From assembly GCA_036338595.1 (NCBI GenBank), contig JAYZBV010000041.1:1-38261 (forward strand): 38,261 nucleotides of DNA, given 5' to 3'. Origin of the DNA: Planctomycetota bacterium (lineage in GTDB: Bacteria; Planctomycetota; UBA8108; UBA1146). Of this stretch, positions 25,460 through 35,180 are shown piece by piece (the stretch's first letter is position 1; each line of letters opens with the position of its first letter). Under the pieces are notes generated by a model. That model was not told the DNA's origin, made no database searches, and saw only the letters and a program-made list of their open reading frames with translations. The translations under genes and the position numbers were made by a program.

Positions 25460-25653
25460 GTGAGGACTGGCGCACGTCCTGGCCGACCACTCGTGATCTT
25501 CTCGCTCGAAACCAGCCTCCTCAGTGCGGCTCCCGCGGCGTTCGGGAACCAGGCAGTGTTAGGGGGATCTTCGCCGAACAAAACCCTAACATCAAGGGCA
25601 AACGGCGATCGGGTGAATTTGTCGCAAGATTGGTAATTGAAAAGGTTTATAGG

Positions 25654-26610
25654 ATGAAACTGCGGCGAAACTCGAAAATTCAGCCGAATTTGTTCGCGCT
25701 TCTGGTGGTCTCCGCCTGGCTGTCGGCGTGCGGTTGGATCGGAACGGCACGGGCCGGGGAACCGGTCGAGGACTTCCTGAAATTTCGCCGCACCGGTAGC
25801 GCCAGCGCCCAGCTGGAAACCTCGGTGACGCGCTTCAGACACCCCCAGAGCCAGCAACTGGTGAGCCTGGTGGCCGCAGTTCACATCGGAGAGACGGGCT
25901 ATTACCAGCAGATTCAGGAGCACCTCGACCGCCATGATCTGGTTCTCTACGAGATGGTCGGGGGGCCAGCGCCCGGTTCCCCTGAAGCAGCGGGTGAGTT
26001 GCAGCCGCATGACAGGGAAGATGAGGGCAACCGGCTGCAGTTCATCTCCATGTTGCAGAAGGGGATGCAGGACCTCCTGCAACTCGAACACCAGATGGAT
26101 CAGATCGATTACACCCGGGGCAATCTGCGCCACGCAGATCTCACTTCCCGCGCCTTCAGCCTTGCGCTTCAGGTGCACGGGCTCTTCGATATCGACCCGA
26201 ATGCCCTGATGAAGGGGTTAGCCCCTGCCATGCTCGATGGATTCGGATTGCAGGCGGCGCTCTCCACTCAGGATGACCAGACCGTCAATCGAGTGCGGTG
26301 GGTGATGGCGCAGACACTCTCCAAATCAGCGAACCAGATGGCCATGCTGGGTGTCAGCGATATCGAAAAACCGGAAGACCTGATCCTCGGCATCCGCAAT
26401 GATCAGTTGTGGAAGGTCTTGCAGCGGTCGGTTCCCGAGCGCTGGCGAAGAATCGCCATCTTTTACGGAGCCGCACACTTGCCAGACATCCGCAGGAGAT
26501 TGCTGGAACAAGGCTGGGTGCAGGTCGAGGCGGTCTGGATCCCCGCCTGGAAGATACCGGCTGGCGATCCGATACCATTCATCGACATCGAACGACGAGC
26601 ACGTCTCTGA
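25654..26610 (+). CDS. Exported conserved hypothetical protein, TraB/GumN-like motifs
   Basis: Signal peptide; LVAAVHIG..YY, VLYEMV, QMDQIDY, HAD, IRN, IFYGAAHLPD. Confidence 0.7.
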   Translation: MKLRRNSKIQPNLFALLVVSAWLSACGWIGTARAGEPVEDFLKFRRTGSASAQLETSVTRFRHPQSQQLVSLVAAVHIGETGYYQQIQEHLDRHDLVLYEMVGGPAPGSPEAAGELQPHDREDEGNRLQFISMLQKGMQDLLQLEHQMDQIDYTRGNLRHADLTSRAFSLALQVHGLFDIDPNALMKGLAPAMLDGFGLQAALSTQDDQTVNRVRWVMAQTLSKSANQMAMLGVSDIEKPEDLILGIRNDQLWKVLQRSVPERWRRIAIFYGAAHLPDIRRRLLEQGWVQVEAVWIPAWKIPAGDPIPFIDIERRARL

Positions 26611-26621
26611 CAGGAGGCCAC

Positions 26622-27881
26622 TTGATACCGAAACGCAGGGTCACCATCGCAGGGGGGTCGATCACCCCCTTCATCGGCAAGTTCCACCCGGATTTCATCT
26701 GGAAAAAGCACCCCGACTTCGGTCAGCGCGAAAATCCAACGCTGGAGCAGTTGCTTCACCGTGTCGCTGTGGGCGCCTGTTCCGATGTCGATATCGATCC
26801 GGCCATCATCGACCGGGGGTATGTCACCAACTTCGTCGGGGAATTGTTTTCCAATCAGGGCCACCTGGGTGCGATGACTGCAGCCGCCCACGAGGGCTTC
26901 CTCCACACCCCCTTCACCCGCCTCGAGGGGGCCTGTGCCTCGGGGGGTCTCGGGATCGCCGCAGGAATCGATGCGATCCAGGCGGGTGCCGATCTGGTGC
27001 TGGTGGTCGGAGCCGAGGTACAGACGACCCGGAACGCCAAGGTCGGAGCAGACTACCTCGCACGCGCTTCACATTACGCCAAGGAACGCAGCATCGACGA
27101 GTTCACATTTCCGGCGATGTTTGCTCGAAGAACTCGCGCCTACTGCGAGAAGCACGATGTCACCCCTGCGCAACTGGCCCCGATTGTCGTCAAGGCCTAT
27201 GCGAATGCGAACCGGAACCCGAATGCCCACATGCGTGAGGTCACGATGAGCCAGCAGCAAGCGGCCAACTCTTCCGAAGCCAATCCCTGCTTCCTCGCCA
27301 ACGAGGAACTGCAGCCGTGGTTACGGATCAGTGATTGCTCACAGGTTTCAGATGGAGCCTGTGCGGTGATTCTCGCTTCCGACGAGGGCCTTGATAAACT
27401 CGGCAGCGGCGCGAATCGAGCGGTCCAGTTGACCAGTTGCTCCGTCGCCTGTGGACCACTGGGCGAGGTTCCCGACTACACTCGCATGGATGTGACATCC
27501 GCCGCAGCGAGCCGCTGCTACGGAGAGGCGGGCTGGGACGCCACGGATATCCAGATTGCAGAGGTCCACGACTGTTTCAGCATCACCGAGGCCTTGATCT
27601 GCGAAGCGCTGGGATTCTGTGGCGAGGGAGAAGGGATGCAGATCGCCGCCGATGGAGTGACTTCCCTCGAGGGATCACTTCCCATCAACAGCGGAGGCGG
27701 TTTGATGGCGTTTGGACACCCTGTCGGAGCGACAGGGGTCAAACAGGTGTTCGAGATCTTTCGCCAGATGAACGGAATGTGCGGAGACTATCAGGTCTCG
27801 AACGCACCGACACGTGGGCTCTGTGCCAACATGGGTGGGGATGATCGCACCAGCGTCGTGACCTTGCTGGAAAAGAGTTAG
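26622..27881 (+). CDS. SCP2-type thiolase (acetyl-CoA acyltransferase)
   Basis: EGACASGG (catalytic Cys), CSQVSDG, EVHDCF, GHPVGATG, NMGG; AGGAGG before TTG 26622. Confidence 0.92.
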   Translation: MIPKRRVTIAGGSITPFIGKFHPDFIWKKHPDFGQRENPTLEQLLHRVAVGACSDVDIDPAIIDRGYVTNFVGELFSNQGHLGAMTAAAHEGFLHTPFTRLEGACASGGLGIAAGIDAIQAGADLVLVVGAEVQTTRNAKVGADYLARASHYAKERSIDEFTFPAMFARRTRAYCEKHDVTPAQLAPIVVKAYANANRNPNAHMREVTMSQQQAANSSEANPCFLANEELQPWLRISDCSQVSDGACAVILASDEGLDKLGSGANRAVQLTSCSVACGPLGEVPDYTRMDVTSAAASRCYGEAGWDATDIQIAEVHDCFSITEALICEALGFCGEGEGMQIAADGVTSLEGSLPINSGGGLMAFGHPVGATGVKQVFEIFRQMNGMCGDYQVSNAPTRGLCANMGGDDRTSVVTLLEKS

Positions 27882-27888
27882 AGGGGGT

Positions 27889-28554
27889 TTGGTGACAGAC
27901 TCTGATCCGATTCCTGACCTCGACGTCGCCGCTTCCATCGAGGCGAGGCGCTCGACCAAGGATTTCCTACCGGATCCCATCGACTCGAGCTGCCTCGAGC
28001 AGATCCTCCACCTGACCACCGAGGCGCCCTCCTCCTGGAATCTACAACCATGGCGCATCATCGTGGTCGATGATCCGGAAGCACGGGAACAACTTCATGA
28101 GGCGTGCTTCCGACAACGACAGGTGCTGGAGGCGCCAGTGACGATCGTCTTCGCAGTCGATGTCGGCGCCTGGCAGCGCGACATGGGGCCGATCATCGAG
28201 CAGGCACGCAAGGCGGGTGCCTGGCCCGACAGTTACTGCGACATCGCTCAAAAAGCGATTCCCGGTGGCCAGGGTGCTCTCGAAACCAGCGGCCGCCTGC
28301 GCGAATACGCCATCAAGGATGCGATGATCGCTGCCACCCAGTGCGTCCTGGCGGCGACCTCTTTCGGTCTAAAAACGACCTTCATGAACGGTTGGCGCGA
28401 GCAAGCGGTGAAGGATGTGATCGGAGCCAGCGGCAGGGATGAAATTGCCATCGCGGTGCTGGTCGTGATGGGGCACGCAGAGCAGACACTTCCTCATCCG
28501 GGCAGATTACCCCGAAGCGAGACCGTCTTCCGCCAGCGCCTGGGCGATGGCTAG
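27889..28554 (+). CDS. Nitroreductase family protein
   Basis: RRSTKDF, APSSWNLQPW, Q.Q...AP, D..IA, G..T..M.G, RLP. Confidence 0.93.
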   Translation: MVTDSDPIPDLDVAASIEARRSTKDFLPDPIDSSCLEQILHLTTEAPSSWNLQPWRIIVVDDPEAREQLHEACFRQRQVLEAPVTIVFAVDVGAWQRDMGPIIEQARKAGAWPDSYCDIAQKAIPGGQGALETSGRLREYAIKDAMIAATQCVLAATSFGLKTTFMNGWREQAVKDVIGASGRDEIAIAVLVVMGHAEQTLPHPGRLPRSETVFRQRLGDG

Positions 28555-29627
28555 GCGCTCGATGCACCTTCCGAGCCGAGCGCTGGTTCCGCCGGATCGT
28601 CAGTAATACCGACATCGTCACTCCGGATCCTGGAACTGAATACCAGCGAAGCGATGCGATCTCGATCGATGGCACTGAGGCCGACGAAGCGCACCCCAAC
28701 TCCACCTTCCGGATCGTCCCCGGCATCCACGGCGGCCACCACTCGGGCAGTGATGTCGTGGCTCTCCAGCGTCGGGATGCCTCGGATCACCAGCAGGTCG
28801 CCTCGCTGAAGAGACGCTTCAGTGGAGATGGCGAGGCCCCCGGTACCGATGTCGATGAGGTTGGCATCCTGAAGAAGTTGTCGGTCAGGATCCGCGTGGG
28901 TGCCGACCTCCATCGGCAGGTGCAGGAATCGGATCGGGGTCTCGTTCGGGATTCTTGCGAAGCGCCGTCGCTGCTGGACTCGGATCCTGTCGGGTGTCTC
29001 GAGAAACAGGAACCACTCGCCCAGTTCACGCTTCTCCTGCAATCGAGTCTCGAAATGGAGTCCGCCAAGATCCTCGCGGAAGAAAGCGACCTGGAGGTCA
29101 TCTCCGACTCGCCAGTGTAGATCGCCCTGGGCCTGGTTGGCCTGTTCCACGACACGCACTGCGATGCTGTGTGCATCTCTGTGAATGGCGACACTTCGAA
29201 CATGGACACCGTCCGGGCCCTGGATCAACAGTTCCTCATCCTCGAAGGGTAGCGAGACGCCCTGGGTGTTCACTGCCGGCACCTCCCAGCCTCGCCGGAC
29301 CCGGATGCGGTCGAGTGCTCGACGCATCTCCAGGTCTTTCATCAGGTCTGGCTGCTTCTCGAGCGCGCAGCGCAATGCATGCTCGAAGCCCAGCCGGGAG
29401 TTGAGCAATCGGGCCGGCTCCTGCTCCTCGGTCAACTGTAGAAGCTGCTGCAGCAATTGAGCTTCGGCGCCTTCGATACCCCGGGCGAGCAGGTCATCGA
29501 GGCACCAGATTTCTCCCCCGGGTGGGGGCGATACCAATTGCGAGGAGTGGCTGCGCCACCGCAGCCACAGCAGCGAGAGCAGCAGCCCCCCGGCCACCAG
29601 CCAAACCAGCACGATTTCCACTGTCAT
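28551..29627 (-). CDS. Membrane-anchored PilZ-domain (YcgR-like) c-di-GMP receptor
   Basis: N-terminal TM; QRRRFAR (RxxxR), DIGTGG (D/NxS/GxxG), GVRF. Confidence 0.82.
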   Translation of the reverse strand: MTVEIVLVWLVAGGLLLSLLWLRWRSHSSQLVSPPPGGEIWCLDDLLARGIEGAEAQLLQQLLQLTEEQEPARLLNSRLGFEHALRCALEKQPDLMKDLEMRRALDRIRVRRGWEVPAVNTQGVSLPFEDEELLIQGPDGVHVRSVAIHRDAHSIAVRVVEQANQAQGDLHWRVGDDLQVAFFREDLGGLHFETRLQEKRELGEWFLFLETPDRIRVQQRRRFARIPNETPIRFLHLPMEVGTHADPDRQLLQDANLIDIGTGGLAISTEASLQRGDLLVIRGIPTLESHDITARVVAAVDAGDDPEGGVGVRFVGLSAIDRDRIASLVFSSRIRSDDVGITDDPAEPALGSEGASSA

Positions 29628-29727
29628 CGAAATTCCTCATCGTTACTTCGGCCCGGAACAGTCCCATTCCCCACATCGGTTGCTGGGGCACGAATCTTGA
29701 GGGAATTCGACAATTCATCGCTGCGGG

Positions 29728-32199
29728 CTAACGACCGGCAACGATGTAACTGCCTCGGTTCTGCTCGGCGAGTTGCTCCATGAAGGTAGAGGTAAATCCA
29801 ACCGAGATGGTATGGATCGTCACCTGGCTCTCCTGATTGAGGCGCAGGATCTCCTCGAGGATTCGCTCGGTATCGACGAAGGTGCCCATGCTCGGGGCAC
29901 CATCGGAGAGAAAAAAGATGGTATCGACTTCACCCGCCTTGAGGACCTCGGCCAGCGAATCGTAGATATTGGTGCCACCACCCGGCTGCAGACCCAGCAC
30001 GAACTGCTTGGCATTCTTGACCGATTTCGGAGAGAGCCTGACCGGCTTCGGGTTCAGATTGACTGGCTTGTTATCGAAACGAATCAGGTTGAAGAAGGTT
30101 CCGGGGCGCAGTTTGATCAGAGCGGTGAGCAGTTCACTCTTCGCCAGGGCAATCCGAGTCATCGATTCGGATCCCCCCCCTTCCTTCGGGACCGTCACCT
30201 GCTGGCTCATGCTGCCCGAACAATCGATGACGAAGGCAATCCGTCGGCTGATGATCTCGACGCCAAAGTACGACGGAGTGCGAGCCGCATCCGGATCGGC
30301 CTTGCGAACGAAGGTCTTTCCTCCGGCACGATCCGCTTCCTTCCTGGCGATCTCGACCGGATCGTAGCGATCCCTCTCTCGCTGCCAGTACTTGCGCCAG
30401 TCCTCCACTTCCGGACCCAGATCTGCGCCGGTCACCGAGATGAGACACGCCACGACCTGTGGCAGCAACGCTCCCTCTTCTCGTTCCATCGCATCGAGCA
30501 ACGCATCGACGAGGCGCACATCATGTTCACCATCGAGCGCCCTCAATGCCGCAGATCGAACCTGCCAGGCGGGATCGGTGAGTGCTTCAATTCTCCGGAC
30601 CAGACTCGCCTCATTCGAGATCTTCCCCAGCGCAGTCACGACCAGCGTGCGAAGTGCCACATCCCGGTGGTTACCCAGTGCCAGCAACATCTCGAGAGCC
30701 TCGGTCGGATCGAGCCGGATCAATGCCCTCACCGCTTCTCGCTGGAACTCGATGTCTCGCTTCATCTTTCTCGAAGCGCGCGTGATGTCCTCCACTGCAG
30801 ACGCGGAACCGAGCAGCGCCAGGGCTTGAACTGCCGCCTTGCGAAGTGGTGGCGATGGATGCATCAGTAACCCTGACAGCGTCGATTCTGCACGCTTGAA
30901 TCCAGCTCGACCCAGTGCATCCGCAACTGCGATCCTGGCCAGTAATCGTGCTCTGTCCTGATCGAGGACCTTGTCGTGCAACCAGCCGAGCGCCTTGGCA
31001 TCGCGAATCGATCTCAAGGAGCGCAGAATCAGATCAAATTTCTTGCGGTGTACCGCAGGGATCTGATCGACCGAATCCCCTTCGGGAACCATCTCGACGA
31101 GCAGACGCGCCGCTTCACGGGTTCCGATCCTGCCCAGCAGATCGAGGGCTGCATCGGCCACCAGTTGATTGGCCCCGGTCGCCCACCGTTCGATGGGATC
31201 CAGTTTCACCTTCTCCAGGTGCCGCGGTCGCATCGCCTCGAGTACTGCTCGACGACCAACAGCGGTCAGGGAGGGAAGCCTCGACAGGATCAGTTTTGCC
31301 GCCTCATCCCCTCCCACGGAAAGGAGTGGAACCGCTGCGATCGCCTGGATCTGCTTGTCCGGTTTTTCCAGCAGACTGCGAAGGAAAAACTCCGACTCTC
31401 GGCATCGACAATCTCCCACCTCAGCGAGAATCTCCTCGAGACTCTCGATCCCCTTGGCCCGCTCTGAATACGGCAGCGCCATCCAGCGGGAGTGCTCCCG
31501 CTCCCACTGCCTCGCCAGATCGATCATGCGCTGGCGCGGTGGTCTCAATGTAGTGAGGAGATTCCTCGCCTTTCGAGCAGCACCCTTTGCGGGGTGCTGT
31601 GAAATCAGCCGATTCCAGGTCGACCTGGCGGTTGAGAATTCCCCCTGTTCCCTCAGGCAATAGCCCGCATCGAAGAGGCACTCGGGAACCAGGGCATGCT
31701 CGGGAAAGCGCCTCGGTACCTGATCGAAACGCTTCTGGGCTTGCTCCCACTCGAGGGTTTCCTGCAGGCAGTGGCCGAGCCCGTGCAGCGCCATCGCAAC
31801 GGTGTCATCGCCTGGATCGAGGGAAAGATATTCGAGATAGCCCTCACGAGCGGGTCGAGTTCGACCGAGAAGTCGCTGGCATTCCGATCGATAAGCCAGT
31901 GCCTGGTGGGCGCTGACGGTCTGCGGCCAGTTGTTCCTGACCTGTTCGAACTGGTCCTCCAGTTCGAGCAGGCGCTGGTTGCGCGCTTTCTTTGCTCTTG
32001 GCAGTTTACCGAGACTCTTGACCGCTTTCTCCAGAGCGATCTTCTCGGGGCCGTCGACCTCCTCCGAGGTCGGCTCATCTTCGCTGGTCGGTTCCGGCTC
32101 TGTCACCTGTGCAGTGACGGCTGCTCCAGCAGCCAGCAGCCACATCATCAGCAACAGTTGCAGGGTAATGCGCACAGAGACCGATCGCTTGGAGTGCAT
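29728..32199 (-). CDS. Secreted TPR + HEAT-repeat + vWA domain protein
   Basis: Signal peptide; TPRs (ALHGLG, FPEH, LFDAG); HEAT repeats (WQVRSAA..AL); YFG linker; MIDAS DCSGS, GGTN, LSDG. Confidence 0.88.
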   Translation of the reverse strand: MHSKRSVSVRITLQLLLMMWLLAAGAAVTAQVTEPEPTSEDEPTSEEVDGPEKIALEKAVKSLGKLPRAKKARNQRLLELEDQFEQVRNNWPQTVSAHQALAYRSECQRLLGRTRPAREGYLEYLSLDPGDDTVAMALHGLGHCLQETLEWEQAQKRFDQVPRRFPEHALVPECLFDAGYCLREQGEFSTARSTWNRLISQHPAKGAARKARNLLTTLRPPRQRMIDLARQWEREHSRWMALPYSERAKGIESLEEILAEVGDCRCRESEFFLRSLLEKPDKQIQAIAAVPLLSVGGDEAAKLILSRLPSLTAVGRRAVLEAMRPRHLEKVKLDPIERWATGANQLVADAALDLLGRIGTREAARLLVEMVPEGDSVDQIPAVHRKKFDLILRSLRSIRDAKALGWLHDKVLDQDRARLLARIAVADALGRAGFKRAESTLSGLLMHPSPPLRKAAVQALALLGSASAVEDITRASRKMKRDIEFQREAVRALIRLDPTEALEMLLALGNHRDVALRTLVVTALGKISNEASLVRRIEALTDPAWQVRSAALRALDGEHDVRLVDALLDAMEREEGALLPQVVACLISVTGADLGPEVEDWRKYWQRERDRYDPVEIARKEADRAGGKTFVRKADPDAARTPSYFGVEIISRRIAFVIDCSGSMSQQVTVPKEGGGSESMTRIALAKSELLTALIKLRPGTFFNLIRFDNKPVNLNPKPVRLSPKSVKNAKQFVLGLQPGGGTNIYDSLAEVLKAGEVDTIFFLSDGAPSMGTFVDTERILEEILRLNQESQVTIHTISVGFTSTFMEQLAEQNRGSYIVAGR

Positions 32200-32238
32200 G
32201 AGGCGGCTTTCTATCCCTCGAAAATTGACACCCGCATC

Positions 32239-32700
32239 TTACTGCGAGGAGGGCATCTCGGCGAGAACCCGGGAGATGACGATGACGGCGATCACCAGCA
32301 CAATCCCCAGTGACAGCCACTTCGAGGCGGACTGGCGGATCTTCACCATCAACCCGGATCGGCCGACCATCGCCCCAGCGATGAAAAGGGCCCCGATGGC
32401 GAGCAAGAACTTGATCCCGAATAACATGTGATAGGCAGGCCCGCCCTCCTCCAGCGTCTTCTGGAACTCTGCCTTGGGCATCCCCACTGCCATCAACTGG
32501 TAGAGGCCGGTGCCGATCAGGATCGTGGCTCCGATGTGCACCATCGGCGCCCAGCGACTGCGGATTTGCTCCCTGATCTGATCGTCCCCGTCGGAAGAAC
32601 TGAGCACGGGGTGGACCGCACGCCACTGAAACAGCAGTGTGCCGGCGATAAAAAAGGCGACGATGACATGGATCAGGGTACTGATTTCGGGTCCTGACAC
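32239..32700 (-). CDS. Four-TM membrane protein (CopD/DUF4149-like)
   Basis: Hydrophobic helices with IH, ILIGTG.Y, YH.LFGIKFLLA; GTG 32700 with GGGAG SD; the longer ORF-track extension is antisense to eda. Confidence 0.7.
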   Translation of the reverse strand: MSGPEISTLIHVIVAFFIAGTLLFQWRAVHPVLSSSDGDDQIREQIRSRWAPMVHIGATILIGTGLYQLMAVGMPKAEFQKTLEEGGPAYHMLFGIKFLLAIGALFIAGAMVGRSGLMVKIRQSASKWLSLGIVLVIAVIVISRVLAEMPSSQ

Positions 32701-32796
32701 GGGCGGCTCCCATCCTTGGTTCGGTTGAACTGAGCACCTTCGCCCCGCATCATGCCCTCCCCGTGGCAGATTGCCACCTGAGATCGAGGAGGACAC

Positions 32797-33462
32797 TTGG
32801 CCACCCGTCGGATGCAGCCTGATCAGTTTCTCGGATTGCTCGGAGAGATGCGTGCGAGCGCCATATTGAGAACTCCTCACGGTAATCTCGCAGCAGAGGC
32901 GATGCGCAGCGCCATCCGCGGTGGATTTCGCATCTGCGAGTTCACGCTGACGATTCCAGGCGCACTGGATCACATCCGGAGCATCTCGGAGGAATTTCCT
33001 GATGTCGTGGTGGGTGCGGGCACAGTACTGGCTGCAGAAGACGCTCACGCTGCCGTCGAGGCAGGGGCCAGTTTTCTCGTTTCCCCCGTGGTCAACACCG
33101 ATGTCATAGAGATCGCCACGGCACTGGGGGTCGCCAGCATCCCTGGCTGCTCCAGTCCCACGGAGATGCTCACCGCGCACGAGGCTGGAGCGCCTCTGGT
33201 GAAGTTGTTCCCGGCGCCTGCCGGAGGAGCCGCATGGCTGAAAGCTGTTCTCGGGCCACTCCCGTTCCTGAAAATCATTCCCACCAGCGGTGTCGACCTT
33301 CACAATGCTGCTGATTTTCTGGCGGCTGGAGCCTACGCCATCGGCTTCGTCGCTCCACTCTTCTGTCCCGAGGATGTGGAAGCCAAGCGCTGGGATGTGA
33401 TCGAGGAGAGAGCTCGCCAGATGCTAGCAGTGTGCAAACCTCGATCGGTGTCGAATGGCTGA
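32797..33462 (+). CDS. eda: KDPG/KHG aldolase
   Basis: AILR, EFT, VGAGTV, GA.FLVSP, PG..SPTE, VKLFPA (Schiff-base Lys), PTSGV; GAGGAGG SD. Confidence 0.9.
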   Translation: MATRRMQPDQFLGLLGEMRASAILRTPHGNLAAEAMRSAIRGGFRICEFTLTIPGALDHIRSISEEFPDVVVGAGTVLAAEDAHAAVEAGASFLVSPVVNTDVIEIATALGVASIPGCSSPTEMLTAHEAGAPLVKLFPAPAGGAAWLKAVLGPLPFLKIIPTSGVDLHNAADFLAAGAYAIGFVAPLFCPEDVEAKRWDVIEERARQMLAVCKPRSVSNG

Positions 33463-33489
33463 TGCCTGTTCAATGAGGAGGAGAACCAA

Positions 33490-34206
33490 GTGACCTATCT
33501 CGGCAAGGAAACCACCATCCGATGGCTCGGCCATGCAACATTTCTGATCGGCACTCCTTCAGGGCGTTCGGTGCTGATCGACCCGTGGTTCGAAAATCCT
33601 AGTTTTCCCGAACAAGACGGTGAGCCGGAGCAGGTCGACCTGATCCTGCTGACGCATGGCCACTGGGATCACTTCAACAGCGTCATCCCCCAGGCCAAGA
33701 AACATGGTTGCCGCGTCGTGTGCAGCGTCGAGATGGCGCACTGGTTGAAAAAACTGGGTGTGGACGAAGACAAGGTGATCGAGATGAACAAGGGTGGAAC
33801 GGTGGAAGCCTGTGGCCTTCAAATCACGATGACCGATGCTCGCCACTCCGCCGGTGTTGTCGTCGATGATGAGTACCGTTATGCCGGGGAGGCCTGTGGC
33901 TTCGTCGTCGAAACCGAAAATGAGTTCCGCTTCTACTATGCAGGAGATACCTGTGTTTTCGGCGACATGGCACTCATCGGAGAACTCTATTCACCGACAC
34001 TGGCCATCCTGCCGATTGGAGACGTCTACACCATGGGCCCGCGAGAAGCGGCCAAGGCGGCCACTCTGCTCGGTGTACAGATGGTCATCCCGATGCATTA
34101 CGGCACCTTCGAGGCGCTGCACGGCACTCCGGCACAGTTGCGAGAGGCGATCGGCAACCTGCCGATCCAGGTCATCGACATCGAACCCGGGCAAACAGTG
34201 GAGTGA
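33490..34206 (+). CDS. Metallo-beta-lactamase-fold metal-dependent hydrolase (UPF0173)
   Basis: WLGHA, IDPW, THGHWDH, AGDT, LPIG..TMG, PMHYGTF. Confidence 0.92.
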   Translation: MTYLGKETTIRWLGHATFLIGTPSGRSVLIDPWFENPSFPEQDGEPEQVDLILLTHGHWDHFNSVIPQAKKHGCRVVCSVEMAHWLKKLGVDEDKVIEMNKGGTVEACGLQITMTDARHSAGVVVDDEYRYAGEACGFVVETENEFRFYYAGDTCVFGDMALIGELYSPTLAILPIGDVYTMGPREAAKAATLLGVQMVIPMHYGTFEALHGTPAQLREAIGNLPIQVIDIEPGQTVE

Positions 34207-35156
34207 CCTTGGATTCAACGACCAGCAGGCCCCTGAACTCCCTTCTGGTGCTGACGAACCCAGGATCCAGACGAGCGCACGAGGTCCGTGCAACACTTGA
34301 AAGATCCCTCGCCCAGCTCGACTCTGCTGCCAGTGTGACCTGGATCGATGTCATCTCGGACCCGCCGAAACCAGGTGCCTTCGATCGCGTGGCCATCGTG
34401 GGCGGTGACGGCAGCGTCAACCTGGCACTGCGCTGGCTCGATCGCGCAGACATCCGTGCGCCGGTCGCCATCATTCCCGCAGGAACCGGCAACAATCTCG
34501 CTCGAGGCCTGGGAATCCCCGTTGCCGCCGCCGACTCCATCGCCCTGGCCCTCCACTCAACGCACTCCCGTCGCATCGATGCTGTTCGCTATCGACTCGA
34601 CGGAGATGGTTCTGGAATCATGTTGCAGGTCGCTGCTCTGGGGATGCCAGCGCGCGTCGCGATGCAGTTTGACCGATTGCGCCACCAATCCATCCTGCGC
34701 CATCCGATCCGATGGCTCGGTGACTCCTTCTATCGGTTACTGGCGCTGGTCGCCGTGACGAAAGGAAAGAGTGAGCAGCAGCAGTGGCAGATCAACATCG
34801 ATGGAAACGATCAAGATGGCTGCGGCTCGGCTCTGTTCCTGGGCAACGAGGGAACCATCGGAGGAGGATTCCATCCCTGTCCTCGCGCCAGCCTCGATGA
34901 CGGGCTGCTCGACCTGTGCCTGATACCACCACTGACGACAGTGGAAGCGATTCGACTCTTCTCGAAGATCTCCAGGGGAAAACACCTCGAAGCGAGGTCC
35001 GACATCTTCTACATTCAGTGCCGGAAGGTCCGCATCCAACAGAGTGCAGCACCTTTTCTGGTCGATGGAGACATCGTAGGTGGTCCGCAAGTCATCGAAC
35101 TCGAAGTGATCCCGGGTCATCTCGATGTGATTCTTCCCGAGCCCTGGATCGAATAA
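34203..35156 (+). CDS. Diacylglycerol/lipid kinase family protein (YegS/BmrU-like)
   Basis: NPGS, GGDGS, PAGTGNN.AR, DDGLLD, VDGD. Confidence 0.9.
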   Translation: MTLDSTTSRPLNSLLVLTNPGSRRAHEVRATLERSLAQLDSAASVTWIDVISDPPKPGAFDRVAIVGGDGSVNLALRWLDRADIRAPVAIIPAGTGNNLARGLGIPVAAADSIALALHSTHSRRIDAVRYRLDGDGSGIMLQVAALGMPARVAMQFDRLRHQSILRHPIRWLGDSFYRLLALVAVTKGKSEQQQWQINIDGNDQDGCGSALFLGNEGTIGGGFHPCPRASLDDGLLDLCLIPPLTTVEAIRLFSKISRGKHLEARSDIFYIQCRKVRIQQSAAPFLVDGDIVGGPQVIELEVIPGHLDVILPEPWIE

Positions 35157-35180
35157 ACACCTGGTACAGGGAGCAGTTCA

